Positions 25,672 through 35,232 of a DNA stretch of 64,000 bases are shown one piece after another. The stretch lies in assembly GCF_016433145.1 (NCBI RefSeq), contig NC_058131.1, positions 121,827,092 to 121,891,091 of the forward strand, read 5' to 3'. Position 1 is the stretch's first letter. Each line of letters begins with the position of its first letter. Source of the DNA: Gracilinanus agilis. Taxonomy: Eukaryota. The translations under genes and the position numbers were made by a program. A model generated the notes under the pieces. The model made no database searches. It was not told the origin of the DNA and was given only the letters and a program-made list of their open reading frames with translations.

Positions 25672-27479
25672 TGGTAAGAAGTACTTTATTCATCATTGGT
25701 TTGCACATAATAACATTATTAAAATAGTTAAGAGACTTATTGTACTTTAAAAGTGTTGTTCTTACATAAAATGCACATATTTACTTGTATTCAGCGTTAA
25801 ACATATTGTACGGCTCTCACAAAATTACATTTTTAAAAATGTGGCCTTTATGGCTCTCATGGCCAAAAAGGTTGCAGACTCCTGCTTCAGAGGTTCCTAT
25901 CCTCAGGATTACTTCTCATTTCATAGTATTCAACTTTTTAACCTTAGGGATATGATAAATTAAAAAGCCTTCCATTTTCCATAATGGCCCAATCATGGCC
26001 TCAGCCTATTTGACTTCTCTCTCCTTTTCTTCACCCTTTGAAATTTGATCTTCTCAAGCCCCCTAAATTTTTGCTGTGTATTACAGTCCTGTCTTTCTCT
26101 AACATGGACTCTATAAAGAGGTTGACACAGTTGTTCCTGAGGTTGCTGACATTTCTGCATCAACTTCATTATTGGTTTAAATCATGTCCAGCATGTCAGT
26201 TCTCTTTGTTATTTGTTCTACTTTTTCAAGGATCAAATTATCATTAAGGCAAATTACCAATTGATTAGTTGCTCTACTTTCAGCAGGCAGTGCTCACAGA
26301 CATAGAGAAGCATTTGATACATGAATTCCCTCCATAAAACCCATGGCAAGAAGGCATTCAACCTTTCTATTTAAACATCTCTCATGACAGAGGACTTGCT
26401 ATCCCATTAGGCAGCTCTAATAGTTATGGACTTCTTACTTATATTGAGGTAAAATCTTCTTACCTCTAATTTCTACCCATTGGTTCTAGTTCTGCCTTCC
26501 AAAGGCAGGAAAAATAAGCTTAATCTCTCTTCAACATGACAGACCTTCAAATACTTGAAGACAGTTCCATCTAAGTTTTCATATGTTTTCATTGGGTTAT
26601 ATATCCTCAGTTCCTTCAATGACTTGTCTTATGACATGGTTTTGAGTCACTTTGCTGTTCTTTCTGAACATTTGCCTGTGTGTGGTCAAAAAGGTACTGA
26701 AATGAATGTTAGTGAATCCAGGCCTTTATTCCCAGCTCTATTGTTAACCAGATATGTGTCTTTATTTGCTCTTGGCTTAACTTTTTTTCCCTATAAAATA
26801 ATGTTCATAGACCAGATGATCCCTATAGCCCTCTCCAGATCTAAATTAATTGTCAAAAGAGAATGCAGACCTCTCAATAGATTTGAACAATGTACACATT
26901 AAAGTATAGTGAGACAGGCACTTCACTTTATCTGTCCATGTTTTCTTCATGAAGCCTAAAATTATACATGCTTTTTGACTAACCACATGAAGGCTCAATA
27001 TTGAATTTGTAGTCAATTAACATCTGCTGGTCCTTCTCACATGAGTACCTGATCCTTTACATAGGCAGTTGAATTTAACCTATCATATAGCATACTGTAA
27101 TTCTTGGCTACCTCATATCATCCACCACTTTGATAAACATGTCAACTATATTTTCATCTTCTTAAAAACAGTTATCAAGCATTCATTTGTCTTCTTCCTA
27201 CCTTTGTCTCTATCATCCATTGTTGAGAGAGAAAGAGACAGAGAGACAGAGAAGAGAGAGGAGAGAGGAGAGACAGAGAGACAGAGAGAGAGAAAAGACT
27301 AAGAAGGAAGGAAAGAAAGGAATATTTCAGAATTCTCATAACACACAAAAGATTATTTATAAACATGTTAATGAGAAAAGGAGCAAGAACAGAACTCTGT
27401 AGGAAACCCCTGAAATTATGTCTTGTTAGATTTCATACATTACTCTGCATTCTTGAGGTATGGAAATTCAATTCACTTT

Positions 27480-27945
27480 GAATCTATCTAAAAATAACAA
27501 AATATAGCAAATGATTTGCTATCTCATTGACACAAAGATAAGAGACTATGTCACTTGCTATATAAAAATTGAGCCATCAGAACTTGAATGTTATATACAA
27601 TAATAGCACTAGTGTATGATAACCAACTATGAATAATAACTATTATCAGCAAAGATAGGATTCCAGACAACTCCAAGAGATTCAAGACAAAAAAAAAAGC
27701 TATCCACCTCTATTGAAAAAAATGATGAAGTCTGAATGAAGATTCAAGTATACCTTTTTTTCACTCTATCTCCTTTTTGAGTTTTTTTCCCTTGGGGAAG
27801 TGATATATGTCTTCTTTTACAACATGAGGAATATGGAAATGTATATTGCATATTAGCACATGTATAACCTATTAATTGATGTCTTGGGGAAGGAGGATGA
27901 GAAGGAGGGAAGGAAAGAATATGGATCACAAATAACTATTTAAAT
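27480..27945 (+). mobile_element. Older L1 3' UTR fragment
   Basis: AAAAAAGCTATCCACCTC and GGGAAGGAAAGAATATGGATCAC motifs, also seen at 46040-46171. Confidence 0.65.
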
Positions 27946-28112
27946 AACTATTAAAATAATTATTAAAAATTGCATGTAAAATGTAAATGTAAATGTAAAA
28001 TATAAAAATGTATAAAAATGTAAAAAATAAAGAAAGAATTTTAATCCAGTCATACTCTGTCTACAACTATTCTCTAATTTAATCTAATAACTATCTAAGA
28101 AAGAGAAATGAA

Positions 28113-28325
28113 GGGGCAGCTTGGGAACTCAGTGGGTTGAGAGTGAGGACTAGACAAAGGAGGTCCTAGGTTTAAATATGGCCTCAGATACTTCCTAGAT
28201 GTGTGACCTTGGTTACTTAATCCCCATTGCCTGGCCCTTACCACTCTTCTGCCTTGGAACCAATACACAGTAATTATTCTAAGGTAGAAGGTAAGAGTTT
28301 AAAAAACATTTTTTTTAATAAAAAA
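28113..28325 (+). mobile_element. SINE-1-type SINE
   Basis: GGGGCAGCTTGGGAACTCAGTGG head and CCCTTACCACTCTTCTGCCTTGGAACCAATAC body. Confidence 0.88.
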
Positions 28326-28433
28326 GAGAAATGAAGCCAAACTAGCACAACTTATTCCTAGTGAATACTAGTTGGTGCCTGATGTTAATTACTTTCCTAA
28401 GAGTTCATAAACTATTTATTATTACAATGCTTG

Positions 28434-28973
28434 TGTGAAGGGTTAAATTTTGGGGGTAGGAGTTTGAACAAAAGTCAGGAGAGCAGCTTCTTAAACACAA
28501 AATGCTTTGCTTATTATTAGGAAAATATAGACAAGAAATAGGAAGGAGGAAAGTGAGAGTAATCTAATAATGGCTTATAACATAGCTAGAATCCTAATCC
28601 TATCTAAAATTTTTCTAAAAAACCTGAAATCTATCTGCCTTCAAGGGCAGTGCCTTCTGCCAGAGCCAGGCTCCAGTCTAACTTTTCTACTCTGACTATC
28701 TAATAATTTACCCACTATTTTTCTACCTATCTACCCAAGATAATCAATAATCAATAATCAATAAGGCTGTTAAGGTCTTAAATTTGTTTCTCTGACTCCA
28801 ACAGTTCCAGAGGGAGCCACACATCTCCTCCCCAGGGGACCCAAAGACAAAAGCCTCTTTCCAACTGCCATAACTGACTAACTCTTAGCCACACCTTTTT
28901 AATTGTCACTAACTGACAGTTTGAATAGCAGGGGGCTCCTACTCCGAAATCTTTTTGCTCCCTTGCCTCTTAA
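28434..28973 (-). mobile_element. ERV 3' LTR lacking its first ~40 bp
   Basis: Homologous to the 5' LTR up to CTCTTAA at about 28973, after which a fold-back hairpin replaces the expected U3 start. Confidence 0.88.
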
Positions 28974-29071
28974 TAATGATTATTAACATATTTTATAGGA
29001 TTATAATAACTGATAAAATCATCTACACATCAGTTATTATAATCCTATAAAATATGTTAATAATCATTATT
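28972..29071. repeat. Perfect inverted repeat, 43-bp arms, 14-bp spacer
   Basis: 28972-29014 is the exact reverse complement of 29029-29071. Confidence 0.95.
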
Positions 29072-29339
29072 TTGTTAAATAGCAATCCTAAATGCTATAA
29101 CATAACATAAATTATACACTTACCTATTGAGAATTGCTTATTCTAATTTGAACCTTTATAAGAAAAATCAAACTTTTACATACAGCAACAAATAAGTTCA
29201 GGGGTTCATTGAAATGTTCTTGAAAATGGAGTCCAGATTTCTTTGTAGTCTTTTTCTTGATGTCAAGAGTTCATTGTCATTGAAATTGTTCATTGTCATT
29301 GTCTTTGTAGTTTTATCCTTGATTGCAGTCACTCACTTT

Positions 29340-29620
29340 TAAGGCAGGTATTCTTTTCTTGTGTGAACAATGGATCCACAATGTCCTCTCTCCTATCTTA
29401 AAGGCTGTAGGGATGGACAAAAGTACTTGAAATGGACCTCCTCAGGCTGACTAAGTTCCTCCAGAGCACTGAAAGTCACTTATATATACTGTATCCCCTG
29501 GATGCAAATTGTGTAACAAAGTGGCTATAGGTCCGGCTTGCACTACAGCTCCTGATTCATGTAGTTCTTTTAATCTGGTTTGTAGATCTCTTATATATGT
29601 AGAAATAGTTGTATCTCCTC
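29340..29620 (-). pseudogene. ERV integrase C-terminal remnant
   Basis: Hand translation: ...LHNLHPGDTVYI...[28 protein letters not shown], the PGDxV...GPxxVLLxxPTA...WIHxS signature. Confidence 0.85.
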
Positions 29621-29694
29621 CTCACAATGACGTATACACCAAATTAAACAAATTGCAGGCAGTGGATGGAAAGCTGGAAACAGATGAATACAAC

Positions 29695-29800
29695 TTTCAT
29701 TTATTTATTTATTTGTTTGTTTATTTATTTGTCTGTCTGTCTATTTATTTATTTGTTTAATTGTTTATTCATTCATTCGTTCATTCATTTATTCATTTTC
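29695..29800 (+). repeat. Compound (TTTA)/(TTTG)/(TTCA) repeat inside the ERV
   Basis: Seen directly, between the protease start and the integrase remnant. Confidence 0.9.
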
Positions 29801-29967
29801 TTGACCTAATACTAAAATGTCTAAATTAAAAAAAAAACTGGCTGCTTTCTTTGCAACTTCTTCTTGTCTACTGAGTAAACCTCCTTAAATAATATTTCTC
29901 TAACTAACTAATCTAAGCTAATTTATGAACCTTAAATTGATATTAAACTCCTTAAGTAATTCTTCTA

Positions 29968-30163
29968 TTCAATCATATAACATATTCCCTACTTTTACTG
30001 TTACATGTGGTTCAGTGCTACCTAGGTAAGAATGAACTGGGATAACTGGTAAAATTATATTAGTATCTGGACAATCAAATGTTTCACTATTTGATTCCAG
30101 AGTCCTTTCTCCCTTGGCAAACCTTTATGAAAAAGGACCATGTGCACCCCTCAGAGATTCCTC
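29968..30163 (-). pseudogene. Start of ERV protease, truncated before the catalytic DTG
   Basis: Reading on in the frame of the gag stop gives ...LGSTEPHVTVKVGNMLYD*, matching the EPxVTxxVG start of class I proteases. One further in-frame TAA lies in between. Confidence 0.6.
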
Positions 30164-31600
30164 TCATTGAGGAGGATTTACATTTTGGCTAGTATGTGGA
30201 TGTGCCCTATTATGGATATATTTTAACAAGTCATTTGCCTCAGTTTGCTTACTGTTTCTATCATTCCCATAATTTCCAACATTGTTATTTTGGAAATTGT
30301 TTCTGTTGTTATTATTATTTCTAGGATAGATGTTGTTCCTAGAATAGTTATTCTTAATGTTCCCACCATTATTTCTAAAATTGCTTGAATATTTGTTTCC
30401 AGCATCTGCAATTTATCATTTTTTTCCACAAATAACACATTGGTCTCTGGTTTGTATATTCTCTTTGGGTTGTGTATTCTTGCACTGGAGCAATAGATAA
30501 CCCAAAATTTGCATCTCCTTTTTCAAGTTTATCAAATTTTCCCTTTAGTGTTTTTATCTCCTTTCTTAATGCAACCACCAAATCACTATCATCAGCATCT
30601 TTCATTTCATGCCCATTATAAACATAAACTGCCACTCTCCTTAAATTTATCAAGGTTCATATTCATCCAGTTAGGGCAACTGGTTTTGAAATAGTCCTTG
30701 ACTACTTTGCAACAATTTTTTACAAAATGCTTTCTCAGTTGTCTAATGTCTTTTTCTCTTGTTAAGTCAATATCTATGTGTCTTCCTCCCAGTTCTATAA
30801 GTTTGTCCTTGAACTGAGGATTTTCTCCTATCTCTTGCTTTAAATTTTCAAATTTTGTCCAAGTACCAGATCTATCTGAACATGGTCTCATTGCATGCAG
30901 AACTGCCTCCTTAGCATGAAATAATCTCTCATTGTCTTTTTCATCATCAACATCCCAATGAGGGTCATTCTCAGGCCAGGGAGCTTCATTCCACTCCTCA
31001 CTGGTAAGCTTGATAACTTTATCCTTTTACCTTTTTAGTTAGTAAGTCATCTAGAAGATATTAAAAATCAATCCAGGTTGGATCAAATTGCCTGCATTTC
31101 TTCTTTAGCTTTTTAATCACAGTTATGGGCTTCTCCTCAAAAGAAGGAATGCTGTGCTTAAATCCCTCCATATCCTGAGGGGTAAATGGTTTGTAGTGCC
31201 TAATATTTACAAACTCTCTCTTCTTTGGATTAAAAGTTGGTACTTCTCTTAAAGGGAATAGGCTAGGGTTTGTATCTTCTCTGTTTGGGGTTTTATTTTT
31301 TTCAGAGTTGGTGGGAGAATTAGAAACAGTAGGAGAGTTAATTTGAATCAAGCAAGAGATAGTATCTCTCAAATTGCTAAAACTATAATGCAACAAAATG
31401 AAACTATCTTCAACTTTAGAGATAGTTTTAGTCTGGTGGGCAAGAGTTTTAGTCAATTGAGAGATGCAATCCTCAAGATATGCAAATCTTGTCTCCATTA
31501 ATCTCTCTTTTGGTTGTTTCCTTTTCTTAGTAAAGATTAAACTAAATACTTGATACAATTGGTACCCTTGCAACAATGTGGACAGCACAAATATTTTCAT
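30164..31600 (-). pseudogene. ERV gag, frameshifted
   Basis: LFPLREVP, YKPFTPQD, FDPTWID, PENDPHWD and KQEIGENP are p30 capsid-like motifs. A degenerate CCHC knuckle (CYL-C-GK...INC) lies near 30410-30445, followed by an Asn-rich tail ending in TGA at 30166-30164. At least three frameshifts. Confidence 0.85.
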
Positions 31601-31783
31601 AAGTGGTACTAACTGGAGACAATCCCAAACTGTGAGATTTAAAATCTCAATGAAGGTCTCTTATTGGGAAGTGTCTGAGGTAGCCTGGCACCACCTCCTT
31701 CACTGATTGTACCATGATATCAAGCACCACAGTTACACTCCTAAGGAAATTGGAAATTTCAGAAGATCAATAGATTAATCAAA

Positions 31784-31801
31784 CTCCTAGTTGGCTCGCC
31801 A
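31784..31801 (-). promoter_or_regulatory. Primer binding site, tRNA-Arg(ACG) type
   Basis: Minus strand TGGCGAGCCAACTAGGAG, 3 nt after the 5' LTR. Plus strand CTCCTAGTTGGCTCGCCA versus recalled vertebrate tRNA-Arg(ACG) 3' end CTCCTGGCTGGCTCGCCA gives 16/18. Confidence 0.85.
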
Positions 31802-31804
31802 GGC

Positions 31805-32382
31805 TGGGAAGGATTAAGTTTTTGGAGTAGGAGTTTGTATAAAAGTCAGGAGAGCAGCTTCTTAAACAAAAAATGCTTTGTTTATTATTAGGAAAAAACG
31901 GATAGGAAATAGGAAGGAAGAAAGTGAGAGTAATTTTCTAGTAGCTTATCACTATACCTAAGATCCCAATTCTATCTAAAATTTTCCTAGAAAACCCTAA
32001 ATCTATCTGCCTTAAAGGGCAGTGCCTTCTGCCACAGCCAGGCTCCAGCCTAACTTTTTCTACTCTATCTAAATAATTTACTCACTACTTATCTACCTAT
32101 CTACCCAAGATAATCAATAATCAATAATCGATAAGGCTGTTAAGGCCTTAAATTTGTTTCTCTGACTCCAACAGTTCCAGAGGGAGCCACACATCTCCTC
32201 CCCAGGGGACCCAAAGACAAAAGCCTCTTTCCAACTGCCAGCCATAACTGACTCTCAGTCACACCCTTTTAACTGTCACTAACTGACAATTTGCATAGCA
32301 GGGGGGCTCCTACTCCAAAATCTTTTTGCTCCCTCGTCTCTTAAATAGAATAAGGGAGAAATTAAGAGAAACTCTCTTAACA
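31805..32382 (-). mobile_element. ERV 5' LTR
   Basis: Starts TGTTAAGAGAG on minus, has AATAAA on minus at 31881-31886, and is followed by the PBS. Aligns along its length to 28434-28973. Confidence 0.9.
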
Positions 32383-35232
32383 CTTGGGATTGACATCAAG
32401 CTCAGCAGTATACCTTAAAAAAACCTATACCTTAAAGTTGATCTGCTTCCTCCTTTAGAAAACCAGAATTCAGGTTCATCTCCACTTTTCTAGCATCTGA
32501 CTAGTTTTCTAGATTTTAATCAAAATCTCTTATAATAGTTCAACTATTATGCCTTTCTCCAAGGTTTTTTTTCAGTACCTTTGAGTGTAACTGGTCTAGA
32601 CCTTCTGAAATAATTCACTGAAATAATTTAGGAAAGCCATTTATTCCCTTGCAACCTCCTCTTCTATCCTGGGTTTCGATTTCCTCATGAATAGATTCAT
32701 TTTATTTTTTCCTGGAAACTATTTGATGGAGAAGAGACACACAAAAATAGGAGTTGACAAGTTCCACTTTCTCATTGTCTATTAATGATAAATATCCACC
32801 TTTATACTTTGGAACTCTTTTTTCCTTTTTTTCATCTTGTTTTGAATACAGATTTAAAGCTCTTTTCCTAATAGATAGCATTGTATACATGTCTCTTATA
32901 TAGGTTATATATAGGTTTATATAGCTTATATAACTTTATGTAGGTTCAGATCATTCTGAACTGTACCTTCCTGACCTTCTTCTATATTCTACTATTATTT
33001 TGCATTTTTCTCCATGATGAATTCTTGTTTCCATAGTTTACATATGCTACTCTAAAAATCACATCATATTTGTTAAATTCCCCCTTGTAGACAATCCTCT
33101 TTTCTTCTTCAGTGGGATCATTCATTATTATAGCATCATCAGCATTTCATTTATGAAAACCTCCTGAGCCTCTGAAACCATCTTCCCTTTTAGAATATTA
33201 GGTCATTGGATCATAAGCTATCTTTTCTCTCAACATTTTTGAAAAATCCACACTTTGAAACCAAAGAGACCAGACATAAAAGATTTATACATCCCATTTC
33301 CTAAATCTCGGTTGTACCATGAAACATGGACTACACCCTAAAGGGTACAACCCTAAAGACAGCTGGGACTATTTGGAGTATACTAAAAATAAGTCCTCAC
33401 ATATTTAGAGGGCATCATTCTGTGAGGTGTGGACTATGGCATGAGCAACTGCCACTTAAAATGTTGGGGCATGTACCTAGAAAGACTGCCAATGTCCTAA
33501 TATACACTTAACAAGCTTCAGTTTTCCAGTAATTACCATCATATTCTTGTGGGCATCTTGTTTTATTTGTGTGGGGTAGAGGTGTACATTCAGGGATTAT
33601 ACTTTCCAATCTAATTCTTGGACTTTGCTTATTCAAGCTCAGTTTTTAGGTAGGAACATAGGGGTTAGAGGAGGAAGAAATTGCTTGAGTACAACAGTTT
33701 CATGTTATTTTTTTATGAAAATGAAATGAAAACCAAACAACTAAGGCTACATAGCTTTATTTCTGTTAATCATGGCTATGTGACATTAGGTAAGACTTTT
33801 TTTCTTGGTAAAAAACTGTTATTTGACTAGATTATCTCTTCAGTACTAACATTCTATGATTTTTGTAACTCTTCATAATCTTTCTCCTAATTCCTATTTT
33901 TTCTCCAACTCTGGATCTAGGGTCGACCTACTATTTAGAATGCATAATTTACTTAAAGGTTTGTAATTCAATTATAGAGGAGGACATAAAGTACAGAGAA
34001 GTTAAGAAGCACAGGTCATATAACATCCCCACAAACTCTGTACAGTGGTCCAAATGGTCAGTGCTTTGGTGGAAGGAATTGAACACCCTGCCTCCTGGCC
34101 CCCTTCCATGTGAGGATCCATAGTTATTCACTCGTCCCCTTATGAAAAGCATCTGTTATATAAAAATATATACACACTTGAAACCTCATTCTGCAAAATA
34201 ATAATGCCCAGGCTTCTAGCAAATAGGGATACAACTGGAAAAAATAGAAAAAGGAAGAAAAGAAGGCCACAATTCCTTCAGGAGATTTACAATTTATGTG
34301 CACCCTATGGTACAAGTTCATCTGCAACCTCTCAGCCAGCAGCTGCCTTTACCTAGTTTTCTTCATCCACCTGCCTAGTGAGAAAACAGCCACTGATGAC
34401 AGGATCCCAGGATAAATCTGTCAGAGAGACTTACACAATGAACTCTCTAGAGAAAGACTGGAGAAGTCCAGAAAATAAATCTCCACCTCCCAAACCAGAG
34501 CAAGGTTGTCCAAGTTTACTGTGTCTCCTTTTAACCCCACTAGGATGAGCCTTACTGATTGTAATTATCACCTGTATCTGACATGCTCTGAAGCTGCAGG
34601 CCTTTAGCTGCTGTGATAAATGTCTCACTTGGGTACAAGGCTGAGCAAGACTCTTGGAGGGCAGCAGGGGTGAGTCAAAGATGCCACATGCCTTTCCTAT
34701 CTTAAAGGGCAGGCAGAAGCTCTTCCTGAAAACAGTTTGGCACTGTGAAGTCAGATATTTTGGATAGGGGACAGAGGAGGCAAGTAAGGCTAAAATTTTC
34801 AATCTTAAAAGACAACAGTGGGAAAGGTCTCAGCAAACACAGAACTCCAATGCTAACTAGTATCCACCAGGGTTACTGATGGATTCTGAATTGGTAGATT
34901 TTTGCCAGATTTTTGGAAGAGATCCTATAGAAAGCATAAAGAAACCTAACATTTCCTTATCCCAATTTTTAGAATTTCTTATTTGGGAGGCAAGTTATCT
35001 CCACTCTGAACCTTAAAAGTAAAGTGGAATGTATGGGATACTCCCACTCTAAAATCCTCAGTGACTCTTCTTTTGTCTAGAGATCAAAATCCAATTTCTT
35101 TTGCTTTCAAAGTTCTTGTCCTACCCTTCCTATCTAACCATATTAGTTATTATTCTGATACATCAAACCTCTGATCTTTCAAGGAAGTCTTCTCACTCTT
35201 CTCCACGTGGCAATCTCAAGCCTTCCTCAAAA

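Larger units (their letters stand above)
21221..25884 (+). mobile_element. Full-length hAT (Charlie-type) DNA transposon, probably OposCharlie1/OC1 family
   Basis: Left TIR CAGGGGTGGGCAAC (21221-21234). Right end GTTGCAGACTCCTG (25871-25884; reverse complement CAGGAGTCTGCAAC, 11/14 match). Perfect 8-bp TSD CTTCAGAG at 21213-21220 and 25885-25892. Internal transposase present. Family name comes from recalled end sequences; element boundaries are seen directly. Confidence 0.93.
28434..32382 (-). mobile_element. Class I (gamma/epsilon-like) ERV provirus, internally deleted, env-less
   Basis: Two homologous LTRs (28434-about 28973 and 31805-32382) with TG...CA ends. Perfect 4-bp TSD CTTG at 28430-28433 and 32383-32386. 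PBS, gag, protease start and integrase C-terminus lie in order on the minus strand. Confidence 0.92.

Noticed and set aside
27940-28030. Short tandem AATAACTATT and TGTAAA repeats
   Set aside because: Ordinary slippage in an L1 A-rich tail.
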